Virus record (IMG/VR): IMGVR_UViG_3300032245_001860
Coordinates: 186,001 to 250,000 of that record
DNA: 64,000 nucleotides
Direction: 5' to 3' (one strand)
Position numbers and translations under genes: made by a program. Of this stretch, positions 10,051 to 20,748 are shown piece by piece (within the stretch, counting starts at the first letter, position 1; each line of letters opens with the position of its first letter). The notes beneath the pieces are model-generated. The model searched no databases. It saw only the letters and a list, made by a program, of their open reading frames with translations, and was not told the DNA's origin.

Positions 10051-13000
10051 ATGGCACAAAGAACATCCCAATATAGATTTGTTTATCTTCAATACGGAGA
10101 TAAATGGTATCCCGGATACGATTATGAAAATATGCTTACTGTTGAAAATCAGTTGGAATATTTATACAAATTCATTGGTCCAAGTGTAGGGTTTGGATGG
10201 ACTGCTGATTTTCTTACAAACTACAGATCAGAACAACTTTCTTTGTTATCTGGTTACCTTTCAAATCCATTAGGTGAATATGGCAAGTACATGACCAACA
10301 TGAACTTGAACTTCAATTCATCTGCAATTTGTGCTGCTGGTACTACTTCAAATATAACGCTGACAGGAAGTGCTCCAAATTCTGTAGATGGTGTTTCTTT
10401 ATCCTTGAATGATAAAGTTTTAGTAAAGAGTCAAACAGATAAAACTCAAAATGGAATATATAGTGTTTCTACTTTAGGGACTGGATCTAACGGAACATGG
10501 ACAAGATCTTCTATACTTGACACATCAGGAGATTTTAATTCTAACTTTCTTACTTATGTTGCATCTGGATCAGCAAATACATCAACTCTATGGTTAGCAA
10601 CATCTTTAGGAAGTTCTTTTGGTTCTACTGATTTATATTTCATAAATGCTTTTGAACAATGCATTAAGGTTTTTCCAGGATCAGGTATTGTTGACGTTTT
10701 TTCAGCAAAAACTGAAAAACCTTATTATTTTAGATTCCAGAATGATAATAATTATCATGTGTGGGCTGAACCTTCTTCAAGTTTAAATTATAATAATATC
10801 TGCAAAATAACAGCTCCAAATACACCTAACATAAACTATGACACAAATCATAAAGCTACATATCTTCTTACAGCTAAATCTTCTTTAGCATCAACTTCAT
10901 ATGATGCTCCTAAGGTTACAGAAATAATTTATGGATACAAGAGAAGAAATTTATTAGATCAAACTGGTGAATTTCAAGATAGTTTAAACAAATCATACTT
11001 GAATCACAAACATTTAGGTACATCAAGCACACCATCTAAAATAAATTTAGAGTCAGACCTTATTTTATTTGGTTCGTCTACTTACAATGATGTAACAAGA
11101 GTATCAAATTCTGTATTTGTGCTGACTTATTCAGATGGATCATTATTTTCAGGAAATTTTGATAATTATGGCATTCCAAATGTTTATATTGGAAATTCTA
11201 AATTAATATCTTCAGACTATAGATTTGAATTAGATGTCGTACCTTGTAAGTTAATTCTCAAAAATAGTGTTTCAAATGGCAGTATTGTAAGAATTATATT
11301 GCCAATTTCTTCTCAAAAAGAATTAATTGCAATTAATTCTGTTGGAGCACTGGTGGGATCTGCAATTACATCTTCTGGATATGTTTTTATTTCTGATGGT
11401 GTTTTGGAAGATAGAAATCCAAATGACAATATGGCATCTTTGGTTTATAGAAATTTCTCTTGGAGTTTGTCTAAATATCAAACTCCTGAGCTTTTTATAG
11501 ATGGAAATAAAATTAATCCCAAATACTATACGATTAATAATGATTCTGCTTTATTGTATTTCGATAGTACATTACCGCAAATTAGCTCTTACACATATGA
11601 TCAAGTCAAAATTAAACTTTCAACAGTAGGAAAAGAGTTCACAAGCAATTTAGATAGTTCAAAAACACAAGACATCAATGCTTCGACATTCAATTCTGGA
11701 ACTTTGCTCAACAGTAGAATTTCAAATTTATCCCATAATTTTTACATGAGATATAAAAAGAATTGCAGTTTTATTCCAAGCAAACACCTAATTGTTGGTA
11801 ATGGTTCAACCTTTTTCTACCCTGAAAATACAAACTCAGATTTGCAATTTAACATTGCCACATACTCTATTCATTCAAGTGCAAATTTTGGAAACACGAA
11901 TATTCTTTTAGGCACACAAAGAGGTTTGATGACTGCAGGGAGTACTTTAACTCCGGCAAGATTATCAAAATCCTTCAATAATGACTTAGGAAGACCTAAA
12001 GATTTTCAAGACAATATACTTCATCCTGATGAAATAAATTACTTCAAAGAAACATATATGTCTACTTTGCAAGGAAAATTATTTTATACCAATGATGATG
12101 GAGCAAATTGGAGTGAAGTAAAACTTCCTTATACTACAGCAGAAAGACAGGCTGTAGTTTATGATTTTGATGTTTCTACTGAAAAAGTTCAAGAAACAGA
12201 CACTACATATTACTACAAATCAAATTTGTATATCACCACTGACAATGGATTATATTATGCACAAATAAGAGAAGGTTACACTCAAGATAATTGGGATTGG
12301 AACCTGATTACAAGGTTTGTTATCAATGACACAATTAGCTACTCTGTAGACAGTCTTACTTCTTCTGTTGAGATTGTAACAAAAAATACAGAAATTGTTC
12401 CAGGTGATAATGATCTTTTAACTTATGATAGAAATTTATATGTTGGATCTAATTCAGATTCCTATCCTGGACTTTATGTTGGAACAGCTTCTGGACTTGA
12501 ACAAATATTTTACGAACCAGTAAATGGGATATTTTGGATTCAAGAAGGCAAAGTAAATACAAATAAAAATAATCTTATTTGGTGGGGTGATTATGATGTC
12601 TTCCATACTCATTCTGCTAAGTTTGTTACAAATGAAACTGGTTCATATTGGATTCCTCCTTTTACTGACACAAATGCTCTTTTCTCTCCAGTGTCCGGCG
12701 CTACAACATCAAACGTTACTCTTTCTGGAACACAAACAATCGACGGACAATTTCTTGTAGACGGAGATACAGTTTTAGTAAAAGAACAAGATAATCTTGA
12801 AGAAAATGGCATATATATTGTTAGTTCTGGAGCATGGACAAGAAGATCAGATTTCAACTCAAGCTTAGATTACGAAGCTGAAAAAAGAGTAGAAGTTCAA
12901 AATGGTACTTTGAATGGTGGATCATCATGGTTTTTAGTACCAGTAGATTCTTTTGTTTTAGATACTGATCCTGTAGTTTGGGATATTTATAAATCTACTC

Positions 13001-16000
13001 TTTATTCTACCTATCAATACCCTTATGCGACAGCCAGACCTAAGATACAAAATGTCATTATGAGAAATAATGGTGATAATGAGTATTTTATTGTCACTAC
13101 TGATTCTATTATTTTAGTAAATGATAGTGGCACAAGACCTACAATAACGGAATTGCCTTGGGATACTCCATATCAAGGTATTTTAAGAAATGTTTTGAGC
13201 GTAAGAACATCTGATGCAAATGGACTTTTATATGCAGTATCAGACAGAGGTTTATTTGTATCAACTTCTTATCTTTGGGCGGATAAAAATTCATTAACTC
13301 AAACTCTTAATCTTACTGATCATTGGAATAGAGTAGATAAATTTTTCTTAGATACAGATTCTATCAAAGTTTTTAATGTAATAAGTGGAACAGAAAATAC
13401 TAACTTTGATACTATCCCGCAATATCAAATAATTAATTTTAATTCTGCAGTTGAAAAAGGAACTAATTATTTTTATGAAAGGTCATTTACAGATTTTTAC
13501 ACAGAGCCTTGGGAACAATCTTTTTTAGATGACAATGGAAATTTTTATGAAAATAGAGTTGTAGTTTATATCAACAATGAACCTGCAAAAATCCCATATA
13601 TTACTGATCCAACTACAGGATTGATAAGATTTACTTCGAGTATAGATTCAAAGTATTTGAATAGTGTCCAAGTATCTATATCAGCTAATGATATGTATAT
13701 AACCAACATTGGACAAAGACCTCATGAAGAAATTTTTATGGGAATAAGTAAATCAGATCCAATAGCTGTTTTATTTTTTGAAAATTCAATTTCTTCAAGC
13801 TCTATTTTCTTGAACCAAACTATTGATTCAAGAATAAAAATTTTATTGCTTGAAAATGGAAACAATAGAGAAGTTGTTTATGTAAAAAGTGTAGATAACG
13901 TATCTAACCCTGTACGAGTAGATTTACAATATTCAAGAAACAATTCTGGGTCTGTTTACAATTTCCCAATAGGATCTAATGTTTATTCAGTAATGGATAG
14001 TTTAAGCTCAAGTATAGAAAATGATTTGTATGGATTATTGTCAAAAGAAACTTACAATTTAGCTTCAAACAATAATGAGAATACAAATTTACTTATATTA
14101 AATTTAAAGAATGAAATAAATAATCTTTATGATATATCACCTGCAGCAATAGTATCTCAGAATGACACAAGAGGTTTGAAAAATATTACATATTCTAAAG
14201 ATTTTGAAGATAGTAATATTTTTGATAGTTTCAATTCTGATGTAAATGAAAGTTTAGGTTTAGGTTATAGCAATCTCGATCCTGCATTTGAAGTGAAGTA
14301 TATTTCTGGTATTACAAATTTGTCTACAGATACTGTAGATTCAATAATTTCTACAGACAAAGGGTTATGGAAATTTACTGGGGGAATTTGGAAAAACATA
14401 ACCCCAAGTCAAGTAAGTAAGTTTAATTTTGTCAAGAAATTAACAGACGGAACATACTTAGCTGGTTCTGATAATGGCGTATATAATGGTGATACAAATA
14501 TAAATTTTACTAAAGACAGTTTGTATACTGAAAATGTTTTAGATTTTGAAGAGGGATTGTGGGGTTCTGAGTATTTTAGAGCTTATGCTAAAGACAATGG
14601 ACTGCTCTTTATAAAATCACCAACAAGCTCATTTTTTACTTCTGAATATATTGCTGATTTAGACAACAAATCCTGTAATGGAATTTCAAAATTAAGTGGG
14701 TTGAGAATAATAAGTGAAAGTATTTCATCTTACGATATTCTATTTGTATGTTCAGATGATAGTGTGTATGGAATTTGTAATGGTATAAACACTGATGTAT
14801 TTGGAAGTTCTTTGATATCACGTAAGATGATATTAGATACCCCAAGTGGGGTAAATAAATATTTCAAGAGTTTTTCACCTTATATAACTCCTACAATTCC
14901 AGTTAATACTAATACCTCAAATGATTTATTTGTGTTGACTGATGATGGTTTACTTAGAATCAACAATTGGAAATGGTGTGATCCATCAAATAGCACTGGC
15001 GCAACTTTCATTATTGACAAAAGATTTTTACAAGGATATCAATGTTTTTGTTACAATTTAGATGTTTCAGAAAGTCCAGATGGAGTTTTGCCAGGAAAAT
15101 CTAAGATTTATATTGGTACAGATAGGGGTGTATATAGATCTTTAGATGGTGGTATAACTTTCGAACCAACATCAAGATTTAATAAAGAATTGCCAGTTGT
15201 CTATAGTCTTGAAATATTTGATTCAACTTATTTGTCAAATTCAAGTTACATATCTAATAATATTTTAGTTGCATGTACTAACATTGGCATTTGGTATTCT
15301 GCAGATGATGGGGACAATTGGTATTTATCCGGTACTTCTACAGATGATAACGAGTATCCATTATTAGCCACAAGTAATCCAACAAATAAAATAAACTTAT
15401 CAAATAGTTTAACTTCTGATGGATATCTTGGTCAGACATTTATAACAAAAAATTCTTCAACCGTTATAGATAAGGTTTTTGCAATGCTTGAAATCAATAC
15501 TGAACTTTCGAGCAACCAATATTATGCAAATTCTTTGGCTAACAATACAATACAAGCTTTTCTCTGTTATTTGGATGGCAACAATAAGCCCGATTTATCA
15601 AACATAGTTGCTTCAAGTGTGAATACTAAAAACCCAGATGAAATTGTAAATGGTGATTTTGCTTATTTCAATTTTAACTATTCAGCATCATCTAATTTAG
15701 CTTTAGCGTTAGTAATAAAAGAAACTGTAGCAGCAAACTGTATTTCAGTTTTGTCATGGAAAAAATCAAATTTAGCAAATCCATACACAAATGGAAAAGC
15801 TTACGAATACAGATCATTAGTATGGAATATTGTTGATGAAGACAATGACAATGATTTTCTTTTCAAAGTTTTTTACAGCACTCCAAGCACTGAGACCCAA
15901 ACAATAATTCCAGTTGGAAACGAAGATGGTACATCAATTGGCTGGGACTCAGGTGTTTCAAGAGGAGTTATAGCAAATGATTCTGGGCACTTGCAACTTG

Positions 16001-18549
16001 ATATTAGATTTTTAATCAGCCTTGTTATAGATGATTCAGCCTCTATGCAATTTTCTAAGCAAAATTCAAACTATGAGGAAAAACTTGTAGATCTTCTTAC
16101 TGCCTTGAAAAATAGAACAGTAAAGACAGTTTCTTCAGTAAGTCAAGAATTTACGGCTTATGATTTATGGTCTGCAGATACAATTTCAAATCACAAAACA
16201 AAAACAGGTTTCATTAGAGATCTGACAAGCATTGAAGCTTACATCAATGACCTAACTCAAGAAGGAATCAATACGGACATTTATGCTGCTATTGATCTTG
16301 CATCTGTTGGAATGAATCCAGCGTCAGTTAATGATTTGTTTATTAAGAGTAATGATGAAACTAACAATATAACACGCTCTGAAATTGTAAGAAATTATTT
16401 ATCTGAAAATTCAAAACTCAGATTGAATGACCTTATAGCAAAATACGAATTAGTTACTGAAATAAATGATTGGGATGAAACTGAGCCTAATATTTCTTCA
16501 AGCGAAACTGCAAGAAAATTAATGTTAAATAGATTTTCTAATACTTATCTTCCAACAATAATCTGTATTACTGATGGAGAAAATATCACATACACAAATG
16601 TAGATCAATTACTTAAAAATACAGAACTTTATTGGAATAACCAAGGATTTGATGTTTTGGTATTTGGTTTATCGGGATCTGATTTTCAAACAAGTTTAAT
16701 ACACTTGACTAAAAATGGTGGATATTATTTTAGTCTTGAAAATGACAGTGATTGGGATAATGTAATAAATATATTGATACATGGAGGAAACAAATCTCTT
16801 TTCCATGGCTCTTGGAGTAAAGATTTTTACTTTGATATTCCAAAATATATATCATCAGTGTATACAGAATTTACTTATTCTACTGGTCAACTCTACGATA
16901 GTGAATGTTTAGTTGAGATTAGATATTCTGAAGATTATATCAATTTTACAAATTGGACATCACTTAATTCAGGTGTTGATTTTGTTATCAATAAACAAAT
17001 TACAAATATTGAATATAGAATTAACATGGTTGAAGGGTGGACAGGATCAGCTATTGTTACACCTTATGTTTCAAAGCTCTATCACATAGAGGTAACTCCT
17101 GCTGAAAAATATTACATTAGTGAAGTGATTTCAACAGATGGATACATAAATGAGTATATCTTAGCTACAAATGAGATAGAGTTTGATACTGCTAAATTTG
17201 AGTGGGGCATTGTCAGGGGAAATACTACTAATTGGAATAATTTTGAATCTGTTGTTGTGGGCAGAAATTCTGTTTTAAATCAACGTCAGAAAACTATTCA
17301 AAACACAAATGAAGTAGATTATATTGGATTAATAGCTACCAATATTGATAATGGTTACATAAAATATCAAATTTATAATAATGGTGAAGTATTTAAATGG
17401 GGCACTAATGCTTCAATAGATGTTTTTATTTCAGGTGCATTAATTTCTCAAAATCTTTATAGATATGATAATAACCTTGGAATTATCACTTTTGACAGTC
17501 CATTAACTCCTCAAGACGTTGTAACAGTAAATATAAAATTATTGTCCTCAGATTACATTTCTTATGGAGAAAATACATCCACAACAGATTACAAAACATA
17601 TTATTCTGAGAATGGTTCTTGGATTTCTAATGATGATGTTGTTGTTTATGTAAACAATGTAATACAAAGAGGAAACTATGATCTTGACAGTTTTGCTGGC
17701 TCTGTTACATTTAAGAAATATTTGTCTTCATCTGATAAAGTGAATTTGTTTGTAAAGCTTTCTAATTCTTTTAGAATTGCTGTGAAAATATCAGACTATG
17801 ATACAAGTGTCTCAAAAAATATTGATTTTGGTTTAACTTACACATCCCTAAATAATCTAAATAAAGTTTCAGAATATAGAAATTTTACTTTACCAGAAAT
17901 AGTTGATAATAAAGTTACGCTGAAATCTACTTTAAATACTGAAAATAATGGCGTATCTGTAAAGTATCCAATGTATGTAGATTACACTTATAGTAGTTCA
18001 GATTCAAGCGCTGAAAAGTTGTCAAATATATATTGGTTTAGAACAAGAAGCGGTAATACAACTCAAATAAATTCTACTAACTCTTTGCCAAATTATGACG
18101 ATAGGAATTTGCAAAAACAATATCACTTAAATGAAGTGGACAATTTATTTAAGGTAGGAGATGAAATATTTGTAAAGGTTGAGCCTAAAAATCTTTACAA
18201 AACAGGATTGACATACACCTCAGAAATATACACTTTGTCTTCAAGATCAAAACCATATACTACTGATGTCAAAATAAAATCATCTACAGCCATAGTATTA
18301 AATCAAACTATAATTAATGGAAATGCTTTAACAGCATATTACGCATACACTGATTCAGATCTAAATACTGATTCTTCTATAGTAACTTGGTATGATTGGA
18401 CGACTGGCAAAAGAGTTCAAATTGCAATAGGCACAACTTTAGCCTCTTCTTTTGTAACAGCTGGAAAAATATTATCATTTACAGTTCTTCCTTACAATGG
18501 AGTTACTTATGGAGACTTGGTAGAGAGTAATCTTGTTTTAGTAGTATAA
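10051..18549 (+). CDS. Giant (2832 aa) tail/baseplate or receptor-binding protein with Asp-box (BNR) repeats and a vWA domain
   Basis: Asp-boxes YTNDDGANW, YRSLDGGITF, YSADDGDNW; MIDAS-like DDSASM...T...ITDGE; two LVKxQ..xNGIY modules. Confidence 0.65.
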   Translation: MAQRTSQYRFVYLQYGDKWYPGYDYENMLTVENQLEYLYKFIGPSVGFGWTADFLTNYRSEQLSLLSGYLSNPLGEYGKYMTNMNLNFNSSAICAAGTTSNITLTGSAPNSVDGVSLSLNDKVLVKSQTDKTQNGIYSVSTLGTGSNGTWTRSSILDTSGDFNSNFLTYVASGSANTSTLWLATSLGSSFGSTDLYFINAFEQCIKVFPGSGIVDVFSAKTEKPYYFRFQNDNNYHVWAEPSSSLNYNNICKITAPNTPNINYDTNHKATYLLTAKSSLASTSYDAPKVTEIIYGYKRRNLLDQTGEFQDSLNKSYLNHKHLGTSSTPSKINLESDLILFGSSTYNDVTRVSNSVFVLTYSDGSLFSGNFDNYGIPNVYIGNSKLISSDYRFELDVVPCKLILKNSVSNGSIVRIILPISSQKELIAINSVGALVGSAITSSGYVFISDGVLEDRNPNDNMASLVYRNFSWSLSKYQTPELFIDGNKINPKYYTINNDSALLYFDSTLPQISSYTYDQVKIKLSTVGKEFTSNLDSSKTQDINASTFNSGTLLNSRISNLSHNFYMRYKKNCSFIPSKHLIVGNGSTFFYPENTNSDLQFNIATYSIHSSANFGNTNILLGTQRGLMTAGSTLTPARLSKSFNNDLGRPKDFQDNILHPDEINYFKETYMSTLQGKLFYTNDDGANWSEVKLPYTTAERQAVVYDFDVSTEKVQETDTTYYYKSNLYITTDNGLYYAQIREGYTQDNWDWNLITRFVINDTISYSVDSLTSSVEIVTKNTEIVPGDNDLLTYDRNLYVGSNSDSYPGLYVGTASGLEQIFYEPVNGIFWIQEGKVNTNKNNLIWWGDYDVFHTHSAKFVTNETGSYWIPPFTDTNALFSPVSGATTSNVTLSGTQTIDGQFLVDGDTVLVKEQDNLEENGIYIVSSGAWTRRSDFNSSLDYEAEKRVEVQNGTLNGGSSWFLVPVDSFVLDTDPVVWDIYKSTLYSTYQYPYATARPKIQNVIMRNNGDNEYFIVTTDSIILVNDSGTRPTITELPWDTPYQGILRNVLSVRTSDANGLLYAVSDRGLFVSTSYLWADKNSLTQTLNLTDHWNRVDKFFLDTDSIKVFNVISGTENTNFDTIPQYQIINFNSAVEKGTNYFYERSFTDFYTEPWEQSFLDDNGNFYENRVVVYINNEPAKIPYITDPTTGLIRFTSSIDSKYLNSVQVSISANDMYITNIGQRPHEEIFMGISKSDPIAVLFFENSISSSSIFLNQTIDSRIKILLLENGNNREVVYVKSVDNVSNPVRVDLQYSRNNSGSVYNFPIGSNVYSVMDSLSSSIENDLYGLLSKETYNLASNNNENTNLLILNLKNEINNLYDISPAAIVSQNDTRGLKNITYSKDFEDSNIFDSFNSDVNESLGLGYSNLDPAFEVKYISGITNLSTDTVDSIISTDKGLWKFTGGIWKNITPSQVSKFNFVKKLTDGTYLAGSDNGVYNGDTNINFTKDSLYTENVLDFEEGLWGSEYFRAYAKDNGLLFIKSPTSSFFTSEYIADLDNKSCNGISKLSGLRIISESISSYDILFVCSDDSVYGICNGINTDVFGSSLISRKMILDTPSGVNKYFKSFSPYITPTIPVNTNTSNDLFVLTDDGLLRINNWKWCDPSNSTGATFIIDKRFLQGYQCFCYNLDVSESPDGVLPGKSKIYIGTDRGVYRSLDGGITFEPTSRFNKELPVVYSLEIFDSTYLSNSSYISNNILVACTNIGIWYSADDGDNWYLSGTSTDDNEYPLLATSNPTNKINLSNSLTSDGYLGQTFITKNSSTVIDKVFAMLEINTELSSNQYYANSLANNTIQAFLCYLDGNNKPDLSNIVASSVNTKNPDEIVNGDFAYFNFNYSASSNLALALVIKETVAANCISVLSWKKSNLANPYTNGKAYEYRSLVWNIVDEDNDNDFLFKVFYSTPSTETQTIIPVGNEDGTSIGWDSGVSRGVIANDSGHLQLDIRFLISLVIDDSASMQFSKQNSNYEEKLVDLLTALKNRTVKTVSSVSQEFTAYDLWSADTISNHKTKTGFIRDLTSIEAYINDLTQEGINTDIYAAIDLASVGMNPASVNDLFIKSNDETNNITRSEIVRNYLSENSKLRLNDLIAKYELVTEINDWDETEPNISSSETARKLMLNRFSNTYLPTIICITDGENITYTNVDQLLKNTELYWNNQGFDVLVFGLSGSDFQTSLIHLTKNGGYYFSLENDSDWDNVINILIHGGNKSLFHGSWSKDFYFDIPKYISSVYTEFTYSTGQLYDSECLVEIRYSEDYINFTNWTSLNSGVDFVINKQITNIEYRINMVEGWTGSAIVTPYVSKLYHIEVTPAEKYYISEVISTDGYINEYILATNEIEFDTAKFEWGIVRGNTTNWNNFESVVVGRNSVLNQRQKTIQNTNEVDYIGLIATNIDNGYIKYQIYNNGEVFKWGTNASIDVFISGALISQNLYRYDNNLGIITFDSPLTPQDVVTVNIKLLSSDYISYGENTSTTDYKTYYSENGSWISNDDVVVYVNNVIQRGNYDLDSFAGSVTFKKYLSSSDKVNLFVKLSNSFRIAVKISDYDTSVSKNIDFGLTYTSLNNLNKVSEYRNFTLPEIVDNKVTLKSTLNTENNGVSVKYPMYVDYTYSSSDSSAEKLSNIYWFRTRSGNTTQINSTNSLPNYDDRNLQKQYHLNEVDNLFKVGDEIFVKVEPKNLYKTGLTYTSEIYTLSSRSKPYTTDVKIKSSTAIVLNQTIINGNALTAYYAYTDSDLNTDSSIVTWYDWTTGKRVQIAIGTTLASSFVTAGKILSFTVLPYNGVTYGDLVESNLVLVV

Positions 18550-18610
18550 AGGAATATATTCTCTTTCAACAGGAATTTAAAAGTATCGCGTTCATAAAAA
18601 AGGAAAGAAC

Positions 18611-19537
18611 ATGGAACAAGAACATCAATTTATACCTGTTGACGAAAAGCCAATTGAAATTGCAGATTTGATATCTCTTTCTCAGGAGCAAAACTGGGGA
18701 ATAGCAGCTTGTGCAATACAAGATGCGTGGAGAGTTACCAAAGGTGCTGGTATAAGAGTGGCTGTTTTAGACACTGGTATATCAGTACACGATGATTTGA
18801 AAGATGCTTGGACGGAGGCTTACAACTGCAGTAATGAAGCATCTTATGACGACATTAATTCTGGTCATGGTACCCATGTTGCTGGAATTATAGGTGCAAG
18901 AGATAATGCTTTAGGCGTTGTAGGTGTAGCTCCTGAATGTACTTTGATACCAATCAAGGTTCTAAATAATAATGGCTCTGGTAATTTTGCTAATATTGCT
19001 GCTGGCATCAGAAAAGCAATTGAAGTAAAAGCAGATATTATTTCAATGAGTTTAGGTACATCATCCGAACCACCAATAGATGTTCATAGAGCTATTAGAG
19101 AAGCTACTAATGCGGGAATAATTGTTTTAGCTGCAGCAGGAAATGATGCCGGTAGAACCAATTACCCTGCAAGATTAGATGAAGTCATTGCTGTTGCAGC
19201 AATTGATGAAAATGGAGATTATGCTCACTTTTCAAGTGGAGATGAAACTGTAGATAGTGTTGCTCCTGGAGTTAATATTTACTCTACATTTTTAAATAAT
19301 AGTTATGCAAAGATGTCAGGTACAAGCCAAGCCTGTCCTTTTGTAGCAGGTTTATGTGCATTAATCTTAGCTCATAATAGAAGTAATCCAGATGCTCCAA
19401 GAATAAATAATTATGTTGACATGATGAAAGCTATTGATTTAGTTTCTGATGATTCAAGATACGTAAATACTCCTGGACAGAAAAAATGGGGATTTGGTGC
19501 CCCTAAAATTGGCAATATAGATTGGCGAACAATCTAA
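18611..19537 (+). CDS. Subtilisin-family (S8) serine protease, intracellular type
   Basis: Catalytic motifs VLDTG, HGTHVAG, GTSQA and oxyanion AAGN; no signal peptide; RBS AAGGA. Confidence 0.93.
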   Translation: MEQEHQFIPVDEKPIEIADLISLSQEQNWGIAACAIQDAWRVTKGAGIRVAVLDTGISVHDDLKDAWTEAYNCSNEASYDDINSGHGTHVAGIIGARDNALGVVGVAPECTLIPIKVLNNNGSGNFANIAAGIRKAIEVKADIISMSLGTSSEPPIDVHRAIREATNAGIIVLAAAGNDAGRTNYPARLDEVIAVAAIDENGDYAHFSSGDETVDSVAPGVNIYSTFLNNSYAKMSGTSQACPFVAGLCALILAHNRSNPDAPRINNYVDMMKAIDLVSDDSRYVNTPGQKKWGFGAPKIGNIDWRTI

Positions 19538-19603
19538 CTAAAGAGCAAAGCAAAAAAACAAATGAACTTTAGCTCTTCTTTTTCATAAATGAGGAGAAGT
19601 GCT

Positions 19604-20071
19604 ATGAATAAAAAGTTTATTAAGACATTATTAATCACCTTCGTTTTGATTGTTTTTATGATAATCAATCCATATAAAATTATAGTGGTGAGGGGAGAAT
19701 CTATGTTTCCTACTTATAAAAATGGTGACATTTTATTAGGTAGCAAAGACAGAAATTATCAAAAGGGAGATATTGTAGTTTTAAAAAATGATTTTGATGA
19801 AACTATTATAAAAAGAATTACTTTCATGCCAGGTGAAACATATTACACTGTTTCAAGAATTGTTGCTCATGACTGTATTTCTGAAGTTGTAGATAAAACT
19901 ACATATGAGAATATCAAGAAAAATGGCAATTCTAAATATGTTATTGCCATCAAAGACAAAGTTCCATTAAATCAATATTTTATAACAGGTGATAATAAAA
20001 ATAATTCTGATGATAGCAGAAGATTTGGCTCTATTGAAAAGAAAAAGATTCTTTATAAAATAATAAAATGA
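19604..20071 (+). CDS. lepB: Signal peptidase I (S26)
   Basis: N-terminal TM, GESMFPT (Ser), IKRI (Lys), GDNKNNSDDSRRFG box E. GAGGAG at 19591-19596 supports start 19604. Confidence 0.9.
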   Translation: MNKKFIKTLLITFVLIVFMIINPYKIIVVRGESMFPTYKNGDILLGSKDRNYQKGDIVVLKNDFDETIIKRITFMPGETYYTVSRIVAHDCISEVVDKTTYENIKKNGNSKYVIAIKDKVPLNQYFITGDNKNNSDDSRRFGSIEKKKILYKIIK

Positions 20072-20736
20072 TAGATATAAATTACTTAGAGAAGCTTGTA
20101 AAAACTTCTCAAACTCGCAAGAAGATTGAAGATCCAATGAAAGAAATTACTCAAATTGGTCTGCAATCTTCTTGCACCATTTTTGTTAAACATGGCAAAG
20201 GTGGACAAAATCAATGGTCTGGTAGTGGCTTTCATATTGGTAATGGCATGATTGTTACAGCAAGTCATGTAGTCCCTCCTGAAATTCAAAATTTATCGAT
20301 AGATTTAACTTTTGATGATCAAAGCTACTATCCAGCAACAGTTTACAAGTCTGAGCCTAATTTTGATGCTGCAATTATCCAATGCCCTGATATTGCTAAC
20401 AAAATTCCAGCTTTGCAATTGGGTGATTCAGATACATTGGAAGTAGGAGACTTAGTTATTGTTATTAGTGCTCCAGAAGGTTTCCATGACACTGCTACAT
20501 TTGGAAGAGTATCTAATACTCATATGTCTCTTGGAGAAAATGCACCTTCAGCAGCTTGGCAAGACTTCATATTCATAGATGCAGATATCATGGAGGGTTC
20601 ATCAGGAGGCATGGTTTTAGGAACTGATGGGTTAGTTTATGGTTTGGTAATGGGTGTTACAGGTCAACATGCTGAAAGTGGATTAGGAGAAAATTCTATT
20701 TCTCCGTCTAATAAGATCAAACAGTTACTTTCTTAG
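20068..20736 (+). CDS. Trypsin-like (HtrA/S1C-type) serine protease without PDZ domain
   Basis: GSGF, TASHVV (His), FDAAII (Asp), LGDSD, GSSGG (Ser). Confidence 0.9.
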   Translation: MIDINYLEKLVKTSQTRKKIEDPMKEITQIGLQSSCTIFVKHGKGGQNQWSGSGFHIGNGMIVTASHVVPPEIQNLSIDLTFDDQSYYPATVYKSEPNFDAAIIQCPDIANKIPALQLGDSDTLEVGDLVIVISAPEGFHDTATFGRVSNTHMSLGENAPSAAWQDFIFIDADIMEGSSGGMVLGTDGLVYGLVMGVTGQHAESGLGENSISPSNKIKQLLS

Positions 20737-20748
20737 TATAAAAGATTT
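20737..20748 (+). promoter_or_regulatory. Putative -10 box giving a leaderless dnaJ mRNA
   Basis: TATAAA 20737-20742, 6-nt spacer, ATG 20749; no SD. Confidence 0.55.

Noticed and set aside
19540-19585. Terminator after the subtilisin gene
   Set aside because: The stem (AAGAGC/GCTCTT plus AAAG/CTTT) is weak with a 16-nt loop, so it is not confidently supportable.
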